Below are positions 17,345-25,603 of a stretch of 64,000 nt of DNA, one piece after another. This DNA comes from an uncultured Candidatus Saccharibacteria bacterium. GTDB taxonomy: Bacteria; Patescibacteriota; Saccharimonadia; Saccharimonadales; Saccharimonadaceae. Numbering within the stretch: position 1 is the first letter of the stretch; each line of letters starts with the position of its first letter. The DNA lies in contig CAZMZB010000001.1 of the NCBI GenBank assembly GCA_964570845.1, forward strand, positions 143,473 through 207,472, given 5' to 3'. The position numbers and the translations under genes were made by a program. The notes below the pieces were generated by a model. The model was not told the origin of the DNA and made no database searches. It saw only the letters and a program-made list of their open reading frames with translations.

Positions 17345-17869
17345 ATGCCACCAAATACAAACGATACACCAGATCAAACTCAACCGACTAACTCTACATC
17401 ATCAACGCCAAACACACCTGACCCCACTACACCCGTTGACGACACCGTACCGCCAACTGTCGTGCCTCAGCAAGAAACTACAAGCGAAGGCTCAACGACT
17501 CCAGAGCAAACGGATAGTCTACAGGCAACAATTGCATCTGATATCACATCGTCAGCAAATGATTCTTCATCAGATCTTGCTGGTCCTCCACCTGTTAGTG
17601 AAGCTGAAATTCCGGCCAATAACCGCCCGACACTTGATACAATAAGTGCCCCCTCACAAGATACAGTAGCAAACAGTCTTGAATCAGAGATAGACAAACT
17701 ACCAGAGACTGCACCAACAGAAAACTCAACACCAATAAATCCAACCCCTGATACAGCTCCTCAAGCGACTGAAGTAACGTCACCCCCTCCCCCAACGCTT
17801 GCTGAAAATAAAGATGACGTTAAGCCGGGGAAAAAAGGCTTTTTCTCCAAACTCTTTAAACATAAATAA
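17345..17869 (+). CDS. Pro/Thr/Ser-rich low-complexity protein with basic amphipathic C-terminus
   Basis: 174 aa, no signal peptide or TM. Ends KPGKKGFFSKLFKHK. Lies 15 nt upstream of murB on the same strand. Confidence 0.6.
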   Translation: MPPNTNDTPDQTQPTNSTSSTPNTPDPTTPVDDTVPPTVVPQQETTSEGSTTPEQTDSLQATIASDITSSANDSSSDLAGPPPVSEAEIPANNRPTLDTISAPSQDTVANSLESEIDKLPETAPTENSTPINPTPDTAPQATEVTSPPPPTLAENKDDVKPGKKGFFSKLFKHK

Positions 17870-17884
17870 CAAACTCGTAATTCA

Positions 17885-18889
17885 ATGAATATCAGACAAG
17901 ACGCCCCATTAAAGGAGCTAACTACCATACGTATTGGTGGTAAAGCAGACTTCCTCGTGTCTGTTGCTAATAAAGAAGACTTGGTGAAAGCTATCGCCGC
18001 CGTTAAACAAAAGAGTGTACCTTTTTTGATTATAGGTGGCGGAAGTAATCTCATCGTAAAAGATGAAGGGTTTCGTGGTGTTGTGATAAGAAATCGTATT
18101 TCTGGCATAGAAATTAACGACACTATTATTAAAGCTGGGGGCGGTGAAGAGTGGGATACAGTTGTAGCAAAGTCTGTTGAACTGGGATTAAGTGGGATCG
18201 AAGCACTCTCAGATATTCCTGGCACTACCGGAGCTGCTCCAGTACAAAACATTGGTGCCTACGGTCAAGAAATAGCTGATACACTTGTTGAGCTCGAGGC
18301 GTATGACACAAAAACTGAGCAATTCGTAACACTACAAAACGCTGAATGTGGTTTTTCTTACCGAAATAGTATTTTTAAATCAAGTGAGAAAGGAAGATAT
18401 ATTATCATCTCCATTACTCTCCAACTCACGAAAACCCCGATGCAACCACCCTTCTATGCCAGCCTTGAAAAATATCTTAGTGAAAATAACATCACGTTTT
18501 ACAGCCCGCAGGTTATCCGTGAAGCAGTGATTGCTGTTCGCTCAAATCGTTTGCCAAACCCCAAGCTTTACCCAAATGCTGGCTCGTTCTTTAAAAATCC
18601 TGTTATCGAAAAATGGGTACTTGATGAAATACAAAAAGAACATAGCGATATCCCTGTTTATGATATGGGAGAGAATACATATAAAGTGCCTGCGGGGTGG
18701 CTTATAGAGCAAGTTGGAATGAAAGATTACAGCGCACATAACCTGAGAACATACAAAAATAACTCTGTCGTGGTTGTTAATGAACATGATGCTACTTATG
18801 AAGACCTGAAGAATTTTCGTTCAGAGGTTGCTAGGACTGTGCGTGATGAGTTTCGTATTGAGTTGCAGCAAGAGCCTATTGAAGTCTAG
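17885..18889 (+). CDS. murB: UDP-N-acetylenolpyruvoylglucosamine reductase
   Basis: 334 aa; FAD-binding PCMH-type N-domain (TIRIGGKADFLV, LIIGGGSNLI) and MurB C-terminal domain (GSFFKNP, VPAGWLIEQ). Confidence 0.9.
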   Translation: MNIRQDAPLKELTTIRIGGKADFLVSVANKEDLVKAIAAVKQKSVPFLIIGGGSNLIVKDEGFRGVVIRNRISGIEINDTIIKAGGGEEWDTVVAKSVELGLSGIEALSDIPGTTGAAPVQNIGAYGQEIADTLVELEAYDTKTEQFVTLQNAECGFSYRNSIFKSSEKGRYIIISITLQLTKTPMQPPFYASLEKYLSENNITFYSPQVIREAVIAVRSNRLPNPKLYPNAGSFFKNPVIEKWVLDEIQKEHSDIPVYDMGENTYKVPAGWLIEQVGMKDYSAHNLRTYKNNSVVVVNEHDATYEDLKNFRSEVARTVRDEFRIELQQEPIEV

Positions 18890-18942
18890 CTTTACTTAAT
18901 AAACGTTGTATTTTTAGGTAAAAATGATTATGCTTTTTAGTA

Positions 18943-19437
18943 ATGATACTACGTAAATATTCTGGCTTTACTATTATAGAACTTGTCATCGTCATTACCA
19001 TCATGGCAATTTTAACCAGTGTGGTGGTCATAAGTTTAAGAACCAGCCAAGAAAATGCAAAAACTAAGGAGCGACAAGACGATGTTGATGCTATCGCACG
19101 AGCTTTTGAAACAACGTATCACGAAATAAACCCGGATGGAGAACAGCCGTCCTATCCTCAATTAAACAGTTACCCTTATATGGGTGCACTTACTATGATG
19201 GAATCAGGTTCTAAAAAGTCACCAACAGATAGCGCGTCAAATAGTCTAGTAAACGCTACTAACGCTAGTACATCCCCTCCTAGCCCTACTCCCTCAGCAA
19301 GCTATGATAAATATGTCTATCAACCACTAACTGCAACGGGGAGTTTATGTCAAGTTGGCTCTGGAGTATGTGTCAGGTTTAATTTATATTACTATAACGG
19401 TTCAACCTATAGCGTAAAAGAAAGCTTAAACCGATGA
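18943..19437 (+). CDS. Type IV pilin-like protein (minor pilin)
   Basis: Prepilin N-terminus MILRKYSG/FTIIELVIVITIMAILT (G-1, F+1, E+5). Confidence 0.85.
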   Translation: MILRKYSGFTIIELVIVITIMAILTSVVVISLRTSQENAKTKERQDDVDAIARAFETTYHEINPDGEQPSYPQLNSYPYMGALTMMESGSKKSPTDSASNSLVNATNASTSPPSPTPSASYDKYVYQPLTATGSLCQVGSGVCVRFNLYYYNGSTYSVKESLNR

Positions 19438-19958
19438 CAAAAAGATCAATATCACTCTCAGCTGGCTTTAGTGCCATCGAGCTACTCGTCACTCTCTTTG
19501 TCGCCTCTGCTCTTGTGCTTGCTTTTTACCAGCTCTTTGCAGTAATAGACGAGGGGAATGTTCATGCCAAATATACTGCTATCGCCAGCGATTTAGCGTC
19601 TTCCAACTTAAGTAAATATCCAAAGGCGAATAGTTCACCTGCCGGCTCTATCGGATCTGGTACAGATAATAATAACTGCTCCGGCAGCACTAGCCCATGC
19701 AGGGTAACTTGTGATGCTACCGGTACTTCTGGCAACAACGTAAATAACCTATCTATACGCCCCACAGCACCTGGTTCAAGGATATTCTATAGCTCCGGAG
19801 ATCAAGTCAATGGTCTACCCGGAACCGTAAACGAAGAGGTGCGTGCCTGGTGGCCAAAAGGATGCAGTGAAAAATTAATAAAGATAGAATCCACCGTTAA
19901 ATATGGCTCAAATCCGCAAAGAACAATAGCACAGGCAACGTATGTTGGGTATGAGTAA
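19434..19958 (+). CDS. Type IV pilin-like protein (minor pilin)
   Basis: N-terminus ...SLSAG/FSAIELLVTLFVASALV. The start overlaps the previous stop (ATGA). Confidence 0.8.
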   Translation: MTKRSISLSAGFSAIELLVTLFVASALVLAFYQLFAVIDEGNVHAKYTAIASDLASSNLSKYPKANSSPAGSIGSGTDNNNCSGSTSPCRVTCDATGTSGNNVNNLSIRPTAPGSRIFYSSGDQVNGLPGTVNEEVRAWWPKGCSEKLIKIESTVKYGSNPQRTIAQATYVGYE

Positions 19959-20991
19959 AAAAAGACGACACACTGGTTTTACGCTTGTTGAACTAATGGT
20001 AATCACTCCCATCGTTATGTTAGCGGTAATAGGAACGATGGCGTTACTCGTCAACCTGGTCGCTGAAAACGCCATTACGAATGCGGAAAACTCCATTTCT
20101 GCTGAAGCACAAAATGCACTGAGTGAAGTTCAAAACTCTTTATCAAGCGCAGAGATGTTTTTAGTAACTAACGGACTATCCGACAGTGGAAAATCGGGTA
20201 ACTATGGAAGCGCCAGTGATACCCCCAACTCAAGTCAACCCTTCAGAGGTATGCAAATTATTGGCAAAACATACGACCAAGTTGTAGAAACTAGCGGTAA
20301 AGTAGTACCGGCTTATAAAAACAGTCCTGCCGACTGTAGTACTGCTGCCAGAGTTTCAAATGGCGTACAAAACACTAATACTATCTACTTCGCCAAGCAA
20401 GTCGGCTCAACAGCAAGGGCAGAATTAAAAAGACGTGTGTTAACCACTGAGCCAAGAAATATTTGCGGTACAAGTATTTTCCTCAGAAGCTGTGAAGCTG
20501 GGTATAGTTCTCCGTGCGATAACGATGATACTCTAGCCAGGGATGTCGTAAGCTTTAATATCACCTATTACAACGCCAGCGGCACATCAATCTCTGGTGC
20601 AGCAGCAAACACTGCTGTTGCTGCTAAGGTTGAGTTAATGCTCAAAAAATCTGTAGGTGGAAAAGATATTAGTTACAAGGGGTCTGTCCGATTTAACCTT
20701 TTGAATACACTACCCCCCCCTAGTAGCCCCCCCTGCCCTGGTACCTTTACTGATCAGTCGATTACAGGCAGTACGTCTGGAGGTACAGTGTGGGGAACGG
20801 ATATCTACACAGATGATAGTAACCGTCCAATGGCAGCAGTTCATGCCGGAGTGATCTCCGCAGGACAAACAGCAACTGTTCGGGTGTGCAACTTACCAGG
20901 ACAAAGTAGTTATACGGGCTCTACAAGAAACGGAGTCACCACCAACAGCTATTCATCATGGGGGGGTAGTATCTCATTTACGTTGCCATAG
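19942..20991 (+). CDS. Minor pilin with C-terminal LCCL domain
   Basis: N-terminus KRRHTG/FTLVELMVITPIVML. The C-terminal 90 aa match the LCCL consensus (VWGTDIYTDDSNRPMAAVHAGVISAGQTATV...YTGSTRNGVTTNSYSSWGGSISF). A Pro-rich linker is encoded by C8 and C7 tracts. Confidence 0.85.
   Translation: MLGMSKKRRHTGFTLVELMVITPIVMLAVIGTMALLVNLVAENAITNAENSISAEAQNALSEVQNSLSSAEMFLVTNGLSDSGKSGNYGSASDTPNSSQPFRGMQIIGKTYDQVVETSGKVVPAYKNSPADCSTAARVSNGVQNTNTIYFAKQVGSTARAELKRRVLTTEPRNICGTSIFLRSCEAGYSSPCDNDDTLARDVVSFNITYYNASGTSISGAAANTAVAAKVELMLKKSVGGKDISYKGSVRFNLLNTLPPPSSPPCPGTFTDQSITGSTSGGTVWGTDIYTDDSNRPMAAVHAGVISAGQTATVRVCNLPGQSSYTGSTRNGVTTNSYSSWGGSISFTLP
20713..20733. repeat. C8 - TAGTAG - C7 homopolymer cassette inside the LCCL-pilin gene
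   Basis: Read directly: C8 at 20713-20720, tagtag at 20721-20726, C7 at 20727-20733. In frame it encodes PPPSSPP. Confidence 0.95.
20960..20966. repeat. G7 homopolymer tract near the 3' end of the LCCL-pilin gene
   Basis: Read directly (catgggggggtag); encodes WGG. Confidence 0.95.
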
Positions 20992-21078
20992 GAGGAGCTT
21001 ATAAAAAGCTTGCGCTTTTAAAAAAAGTGAGCTATGATTGCAACATACATCAATAATAAATAGGGGGCATACACTAAA

Positions 21079-21528
21079 ATGAGTCTCAAAAAATATCAAA
21101 ATACAAGTTTAAAGTCTGCGCGTGAACAGGGTTTCACCATCGTTGAGCTTTTGATCGTTGTTATTGTGATTGCGATTTTGGCAACATTGGTAATTAGTGC
21201 GTATACAGGAATACAAAATAAAGCAAAGGCAAATACAAATAGGTCCAACGCAAAAGCCCTAGCAACTGCGGTCCAAGCATATGCTACTGAAGAACCAAAT
21301 AACGGCACTTATCCTGCAACACTTACTGTTTTGGATAACGCGGCACGTGTAGTTCGGTTTACAGCTCCTGCTGACGCTCAGTCTGACGGTAACGCCGACT
21401 CGACTCATGGTATTGGATTCAAGAAATGTACTGGCAATGGGGTACAAGTTACCTGGTATGATACTGAAGCGGGTGTAGCAAAAATCCAGCAGGCTTTCGG
21501 AGCTCAAGCGGGTTGTACAGCACCATAA
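21079..21528 (+). CDS. pilA: Type IV major pilin
   Basis: 149 aa; long leader then G/FTIVELLIVVIVIAILATLVISAYTGIQNKAKA. Two C-terminal Cys. Strong terminator follows. The major-versus-minor call is an inference from size and the stand-alone transcription unit. Confidence 0.8.
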   Translation: MSLKKYQNTSLKSAREQGFTIVELLIVVIVIAILATLVISAYTGIQNKAKANTNRSNAKALATAVQAYATEEPNNGTYPATLTVLDNAARVVRFTAPADAQSDGNADSTHGIGFKKCTGNGVQVTWYDTEAGVAKIQQAFGAQAGCTAP

Positions 21529-21553
21529 TAAACTAAATAGTTTTCTATAAGTT

Positions 21554-21590
21554 AAAAAAGATACGTTTATATAAAAAGCGTATCTTTTTT
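21554..21590 (+). terminator. Intrinsic terminator after pilA
   Basis: AGAUACG - 13 nt loop - CGUAUCU followed by UUUUUU. Confidence 0.7.
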
Positions 21591-21626
21591 AACTACTCCA
21601 GTGATTCAATAGCTATATCACCTATG

Positions 21627-22886
21627 TTACAGCTGTCTCATAAACTGCTTTACTTCTTTGTGTAGCTTTTCAAGCTGTTTTCCATCTTTTCTGGCAATAA
21701 CCGCCCGCTTCATCCACTCAGCTACCTGCTTCATATCCTTTTCCTTCAGTCCCCTGGTGGTGATAGCCGGTGTACCCAAGCGAATGCCACTCGGGCGAAA
21801 TGGTGGCAAGGGATCATCCGGGATAGCGTTTTTATTGAGCGTTAAGCCAATCTTGTCCAGCGCTACTTCAGCTTCATTGCCATCAATCCCAAAACTTGAC
21901 TTCACATCAATTAAAATAAGATGATTATCTGTGCCGTTTGTAATTAACTTAAAACCTTGCTTTTTTAGCTCTTCTGCTAAAACTCTAGCGTTCTTCACTA
22001 CTTGCTCCGCATAGTCTCTAAACTCAGGTTGCAGCGCTTCATAAAAACACACAGCTTTTGCTGCCACAGCATGCATATGTGGACCACCTTGCACACCGGG
22101 AAATACAGTACGATCGATAATTGTTGGTAGATTTTCTATTGTCTTTTCTGGCTTCTTGAGTGGGTTACCGACGTTTCCTTTAGTTAAAATCATACCGCCG
22201 CGAGGACCACGAAGTGTTTTGTGCGTGGTGGTGGTAATAACATGAAAGCCATAATCAAATGGATTTTTCGCTACTCCACCTGCAATTAAGCCTGCAATAT
22301 GTGCCATATCAGCCATCAGCACTGCACTTACTTCCTTGCCAATTGCCGCAAATTTTTCGTAATCAAGCTCTCTAGGATATGCTGAAAACCCAGCCAGGAT
22401 AATTTTTGGTTTGTGTTTTAGGGCAAGCTCCCGTAGCTGTTCATAGTCAATTTCCCCTGTTTCAATGTCTTTCATTCCATAACGAATGAAGTTATATTGC
22501 CGAGCTAAGACTGTAATGGGATGCCCATGTGTCAGGTGACCACCATGACTTAAATCCATTGCGAGTACCGTATCGCCCGGCTCCAACCACGCGTGGTAGA
22601 CCGCTTCATTCGCTTGCGCTCCGGAGTGTGGCTGCACATTGGCGTGATTAGCTCTGAAGAGTTTTTTGGCACGATCAATCGCCAGTTGCTCAACTTGATC
22701 CGTATTTTGCTGCCCACCATAATAGCGCTTGCCGGGATAGCCTTCCGAATATTTATTCGTAAAGACGCTGCCAAGCGCCGTTAGTACATCGTCAGAAACA
22801 TAGTTTTCAGACGGAATAAGCTCTAGTCCTTCGGTTTGCCGCTTTTTCTCAGCAGTAATTAACTTTTCAATTGCTTTATCTTTCAC
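21627..22886 (-). CDS. glyA: Serine hydroxymethyltransferase
   Basis: 419 aa; SHMT signatures LIPSENY, GYPGKRYYGG, TTTTHKTLRGPRGG (PLP Lys). Confidence 0.95.
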   Translation of the reverse strand: MKDKAIEKLITAEKKRQTEGLELIPSENYVSDDVLTALGSVFTNKYSEGYPGKRYYGGQQNTDQVEQLAIDRAKKLFRANHANVQPHSGAQANEAVYHAWLEPGDTVLAMDLSHGGHLTHGHPITVLARQYNFIRYGMKDIETGEIDYEQLRELALKHKPKIILAGFSAYPRELDYEKFAAIGKEVSAVLMADMAHIAGLIAGGVAKNPFDYGFHVITTTTHKTLRGPRGGMILTKGNVGNPLKKPEKTIENLPTIIDRTVFPGVQGGPHMHAVAAKAVCFYEALQPEFRDYAEQVVKNARVLAEELKKQGFKLITNGTDNHLILIDVKSSFGIDGNEAEVALDKIGLTLNKNAIPDDPLPPFRPSGIRLGTPAITTRGLKEKDMKQVAEWMKRAVIARKDGKQLEKLHKEVKQFMRQL

Positions 22887-22966
22887 TAAAACCTCCGTTT
22901 CACTTTTTCTATTCTAACTCATAAAAACGATTGCGCATATATCGTATATGATATATGATTATTTTT

Positions 22967-24493
22967 ATGAACACGTATAAAGAACGAATAGGCGAGCTTA
23001 TTCAAGATACCCGCCTGCAACGCGGTATGACACAACAAGACCTCGCAGATGCGCTCGGAACAAGCCAGAGTGCCATTAATCGTATCGAGCGTGGCGGACA
23101 AAACGTGAGCCTAGAGATGCTTGCACGTATCGGTGATGTACTTTCAAGTGAAATCGTATCGCTCACACCAGCTGGTACTATCAATTTCCGAATAAATGGC
23201 GGTAAGAAACTTTCCGGCAGCATTGATGTTCGTACCAGCAAGAATGCAGCCGTTGCACTACTCTGCGGCGCACTTTTAAATCGTGGCACCACCACAATTA
23301 AACACATTGCAAAGATTGAAGAAGTAAATCGCATTATTGAAGTTTTACACAGTATCGGCGTAAAAACTCGTTGGTTGAATGATGGTAAAGACCTTGAGAT
23401 AAAACCACCAACCAAACTTAGACTTGAAAATATCGACAAAGAAGCTGCAAGGAAAACTCGTACGATTATTATGTTTCTTGGCCCCCTGCTTCATGTTGCA
23501 AAATCATTTAAATTGCCATATGCCGGAGGCTGTAATCTTGGTAAAAGAACTGTGGAACCACACATGGCAGGACTTAAATATTTTGGGCTTAATGTTGTGG
23601 CATCAGATAATGGTTTTTATGAAGCAAACGTTAAAAAAGTATGCCCCAAAAAGCCTCTTGTTCTCACCGAGCGCGGTGATACGGTGACAGAGAATCTCCT
23701 AATGGCGGCTGCCAGGTGTGAATCAACAACTATAATTCGTAATGCCAGCCCTAATTATATGGTGCAAGATATTTGCTTTTTTCTTCAAAAGGTTGGCGTT
23801 AAAGTTGAAGGAATCGGTACCACAACGCTAAAAGTCACTGGTGTAAAAGAGATTAATAAGGATGTTGAGATATATCCAAGTGAAGACCCCATTGAGGCGA
23901 TGAGTTTCATTGCCGCAGCAATCGTCACAAAGTCCGAGATTACTGTAAGGCGTGCACCAATTGAATTTTTAGAGGTTGAGCTACAATTCTTAGAAGATAT
24001 GGGCTTCACATATGAGCTTAGCTCAGAATATAAAGCTAAAAATAATCATACTCGTTTGGTTGATATTACTACTAAACAGTCGGATCTTGTTGCTCCTCAA
24101 GATAAAATTCACCCTGTTCCTTTTCCGGGGTTGAACATTGATAACCTGCCTTTTTTTGTGCCAATCGCCGCTATTGCCAAAGGCAGAACGCTCATTCATG
24201 ATTGGGTATATGAAAACCGGGCAATCTATTTTACAGAGTTAACAAAATTAGATGCCAATATTACACTGCTTGATCCGCACAGAGTATACGTTGAAGGACC
24301 AACCAAATGGCGTTCGGCGGAAGTAATTTGTCCACCGGCTCTCAGACCCGCTGTTGTCATCCTGCTTGGTATGCTTGCAGCACCCGGTACCTCAGTACTA
24401 CGCAACGTCTACTCCATTGCCCGCGGCTACGAAGACTTGGCAGTACGACTTAATACGCTTGGTGCTGATATCGAATCATTCAGAGAGATTTAA
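22967..24493 (+). CDS. murA: XRE-type HTH domain fused to UDP-N-acetylglucosamine 1-carboxyvinyltransferase
   Basis: The first roughly 70 aa form a Cro/C1 HTH (RLQRGMTQQDLADALGTSQSAINRIERG). A full-length MurA follows (ISGSIDVRTSKNAAVALL..., active-site loop YAGGCNLGKRTVEPH). The track ORF starts at 22955. Confidence 0.9.
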   Translation: MNTYKERIGELIQDTRLQRGMTQQDLADALGTSQSAINRIERGGQNVSLEMLARIGDVLSSEIVSLTPAGTINFRINGGKKLSGSIDVRTSKNAAVALLCGALLNRGTTTIKHIAKIEEVNRIIEVLHSIGVKTRWLNDGKDLEIKPPTKLRLENIDKEAARKTRTIIMFLGPLLHVAKSFKLPYAGGCNLGKRTVEPHMAGLKYFGLNVVASDNGFYEANVKKVCPKKPLVLTERGDTVTENLLMAAARCESTTIIRNASPNYMVQDICFFLQKVGVKVEGIGTTTLKVTGVKEINKDVEIYPSEDPIEAMSFIAAAIVTKSEITVRRAPIEFLEVELQFLEDMGFTYELSSEYKAKNNHTRLVDITTKQSDLVAPQDKIHPVPFPGLNIDNLPFFVPIAAIAKGRTLIHDWVYENRAIYFTELTKLDANITLLDPHRVYVEGPTKWRSAEVICPPALRPAVVILLGMLAAPGTSVLRNVYSIARGYEDLAVRLNTLGADIESFREI

Positions 24494-25047
24494 AACGCCG
24501 AGTCTTGAACCTCCAGCTTGCCATTTTCACGAGCAACAGTACCAATCGCCTCGGCTTTTACTGTCACCCCATTGGAAGCCTGTAAAATAAGAGCACTGCT
24601 ACTTGTCTTTCCACCACCAACGCGATATGCATAACGCGTACTGTTATAGTCTAAAAATATTTCGTCACCGGTTTGTAGTTTATCAAGATAATAAAAGGGG
24701 GAGCTTTCTCGTGTTTGTTCTGGCGTTAAGCCGAGTTGGAAGCTTTGTCCCTTAATAGTAATACTATTTTCTTCCGAAGGATTACCTTTTATCGTCAGAC
24801 TACTGACTGGTGACGACACATTAAGACGCGGGATATAGAGTTTATTGCCCTCTTCTCCTGGATCGCTTGACTGTAACGCGTGTGCCGTCTCATCAATCGG
24901 AACCAGCGGCCAACCATTTAAGGCTGGCGTAAGCGCAAGTAAACCACCATAACCGATAGCTAAAAGACCAAAAATACTGAAAAAAACAAGCTTACCCTTG
25001 TTCCCCTTTTTCTTGTCACTAATACCCTCTTGATAATGATATTTCAT
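24490..25047 (-). CDS. Membrane-anchored protein with sortase-like motifs but no Cys/His
   Basis: 185 aa, N-terminal TM. LYIPRLNVSSPV and FYYLDKLQTGDEIFLDYNSTRYAYRV resemble sortase beta-strands, but the protein contains no cysteine at all. Weak call. Confidence 0.5.
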   Translation of the reverse strand: MKYHYQEGISDKKKGNKGKLVFFSIFGLLAIGYGGLLALTPALNGWPLVPIDETAHALQSSDPGEEGNKLYIPRLNVSSPVSSLTIKGNPSEENSITIKGQSFQLGLTPEQTRESSPFYYLDKLQTGDEIFLDYNSTRYAYRVGGGKTSSSALILQASNGVTVKAEAIGTVARENGKLEVQDSAF

Positions 25048-25062
25048 ATTTTTTCTCTAATT

Positions 25063-25140
25063 TGGGGCGAATGATGGGAATTGAACCCACGACCTCCGGA
25101 ACCACAACCCGGCGCTCTAACCAACTGAGCTACATCCGCC
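25063..25140 (-). tRNA. tRNA-His (anticodon GUG) with encoded G-1
   Basis: 78 nt; extra 5' G opposite discriminator C, acceptor GCGGAUG/CAUUCGC, anticodon arm CCGGG-UUGUGGU-UCCGG, encoded CCA. Confidence 0.95.
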
Positions 25141-25192
25141 ATAGATTTCTCGCATTTACCTTGAGCTATTGTAGCAAAAAATAAGCAGTTGA

Positions 25193-25600
25193 TTAAGTAT
25201 CTTTTTCATCTTTTGCCATATATATTTTGCTGAATCTTTTCTTTTTGCGGTATACCGGCTTATATCGATACTGCTGAATCGTCGGAATAGTCCTTGGCTC
25301 AACCTTCGGGAGTGTCCGTGGAAAGCCATAAAGCAGCTGTCTCAGTAGCTGGGCCTTATGAAGTGCTTTTTGTCGTTTCTGTTCTTCAAGTAGTTGTCGC
25401 TTGGCATCCATATTATAAGCAACTTTTGAAATTTTATACGCACCGATAGCTTTTCGCTCTTTTTCGATTTTCTGTCGTTTTTTAAATGGAGATACCGCAG
25501 TTGAACCAATTCTTTTTTGCCGCTCTTTATCTGCAAACTCATGGCTATGGTATGGTTTTTTACCTTCTTTCACACCACTGACATAGTCAAAAATACTCAT
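25193..25600 (-). CDS. Highly basic hypothetical protein (paralog of the next gene)
   Basis: 135 aa, K/R/Q/E-rich. The segment SPFKKRQKIEKERKAIGAYKISKVAYN aligns with GSFKQRQAIEKSREKIRAYKESIVALN of the neighbour. Confidence 0.65.
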   Translation of the reverse strand: MSIFDYVSGVKEGKKPYHSHEFADKERQKRIGSTAVSPFKKRQKIEKERKAIGAYKISKVAYNMDAKRQLLEEQKRQKALHKAQLLRQLLYGFPRTLPKVEPRTIPTIQQYRYKPVYRKKKRFSKIYMAKDEKDT

Positions 25601-25603
25601 AGA

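Noticed and set aside
17761-18252. 163-aa minus-strand ORF spanning the murB start, and ORFs 17436-17645, 17467-17697 and 17595-17795
   Set aside because: They are antisense or alternate frames of the low-complexity P/T/S gene and murB. Their composition is an artefact of the repetitive sequence.
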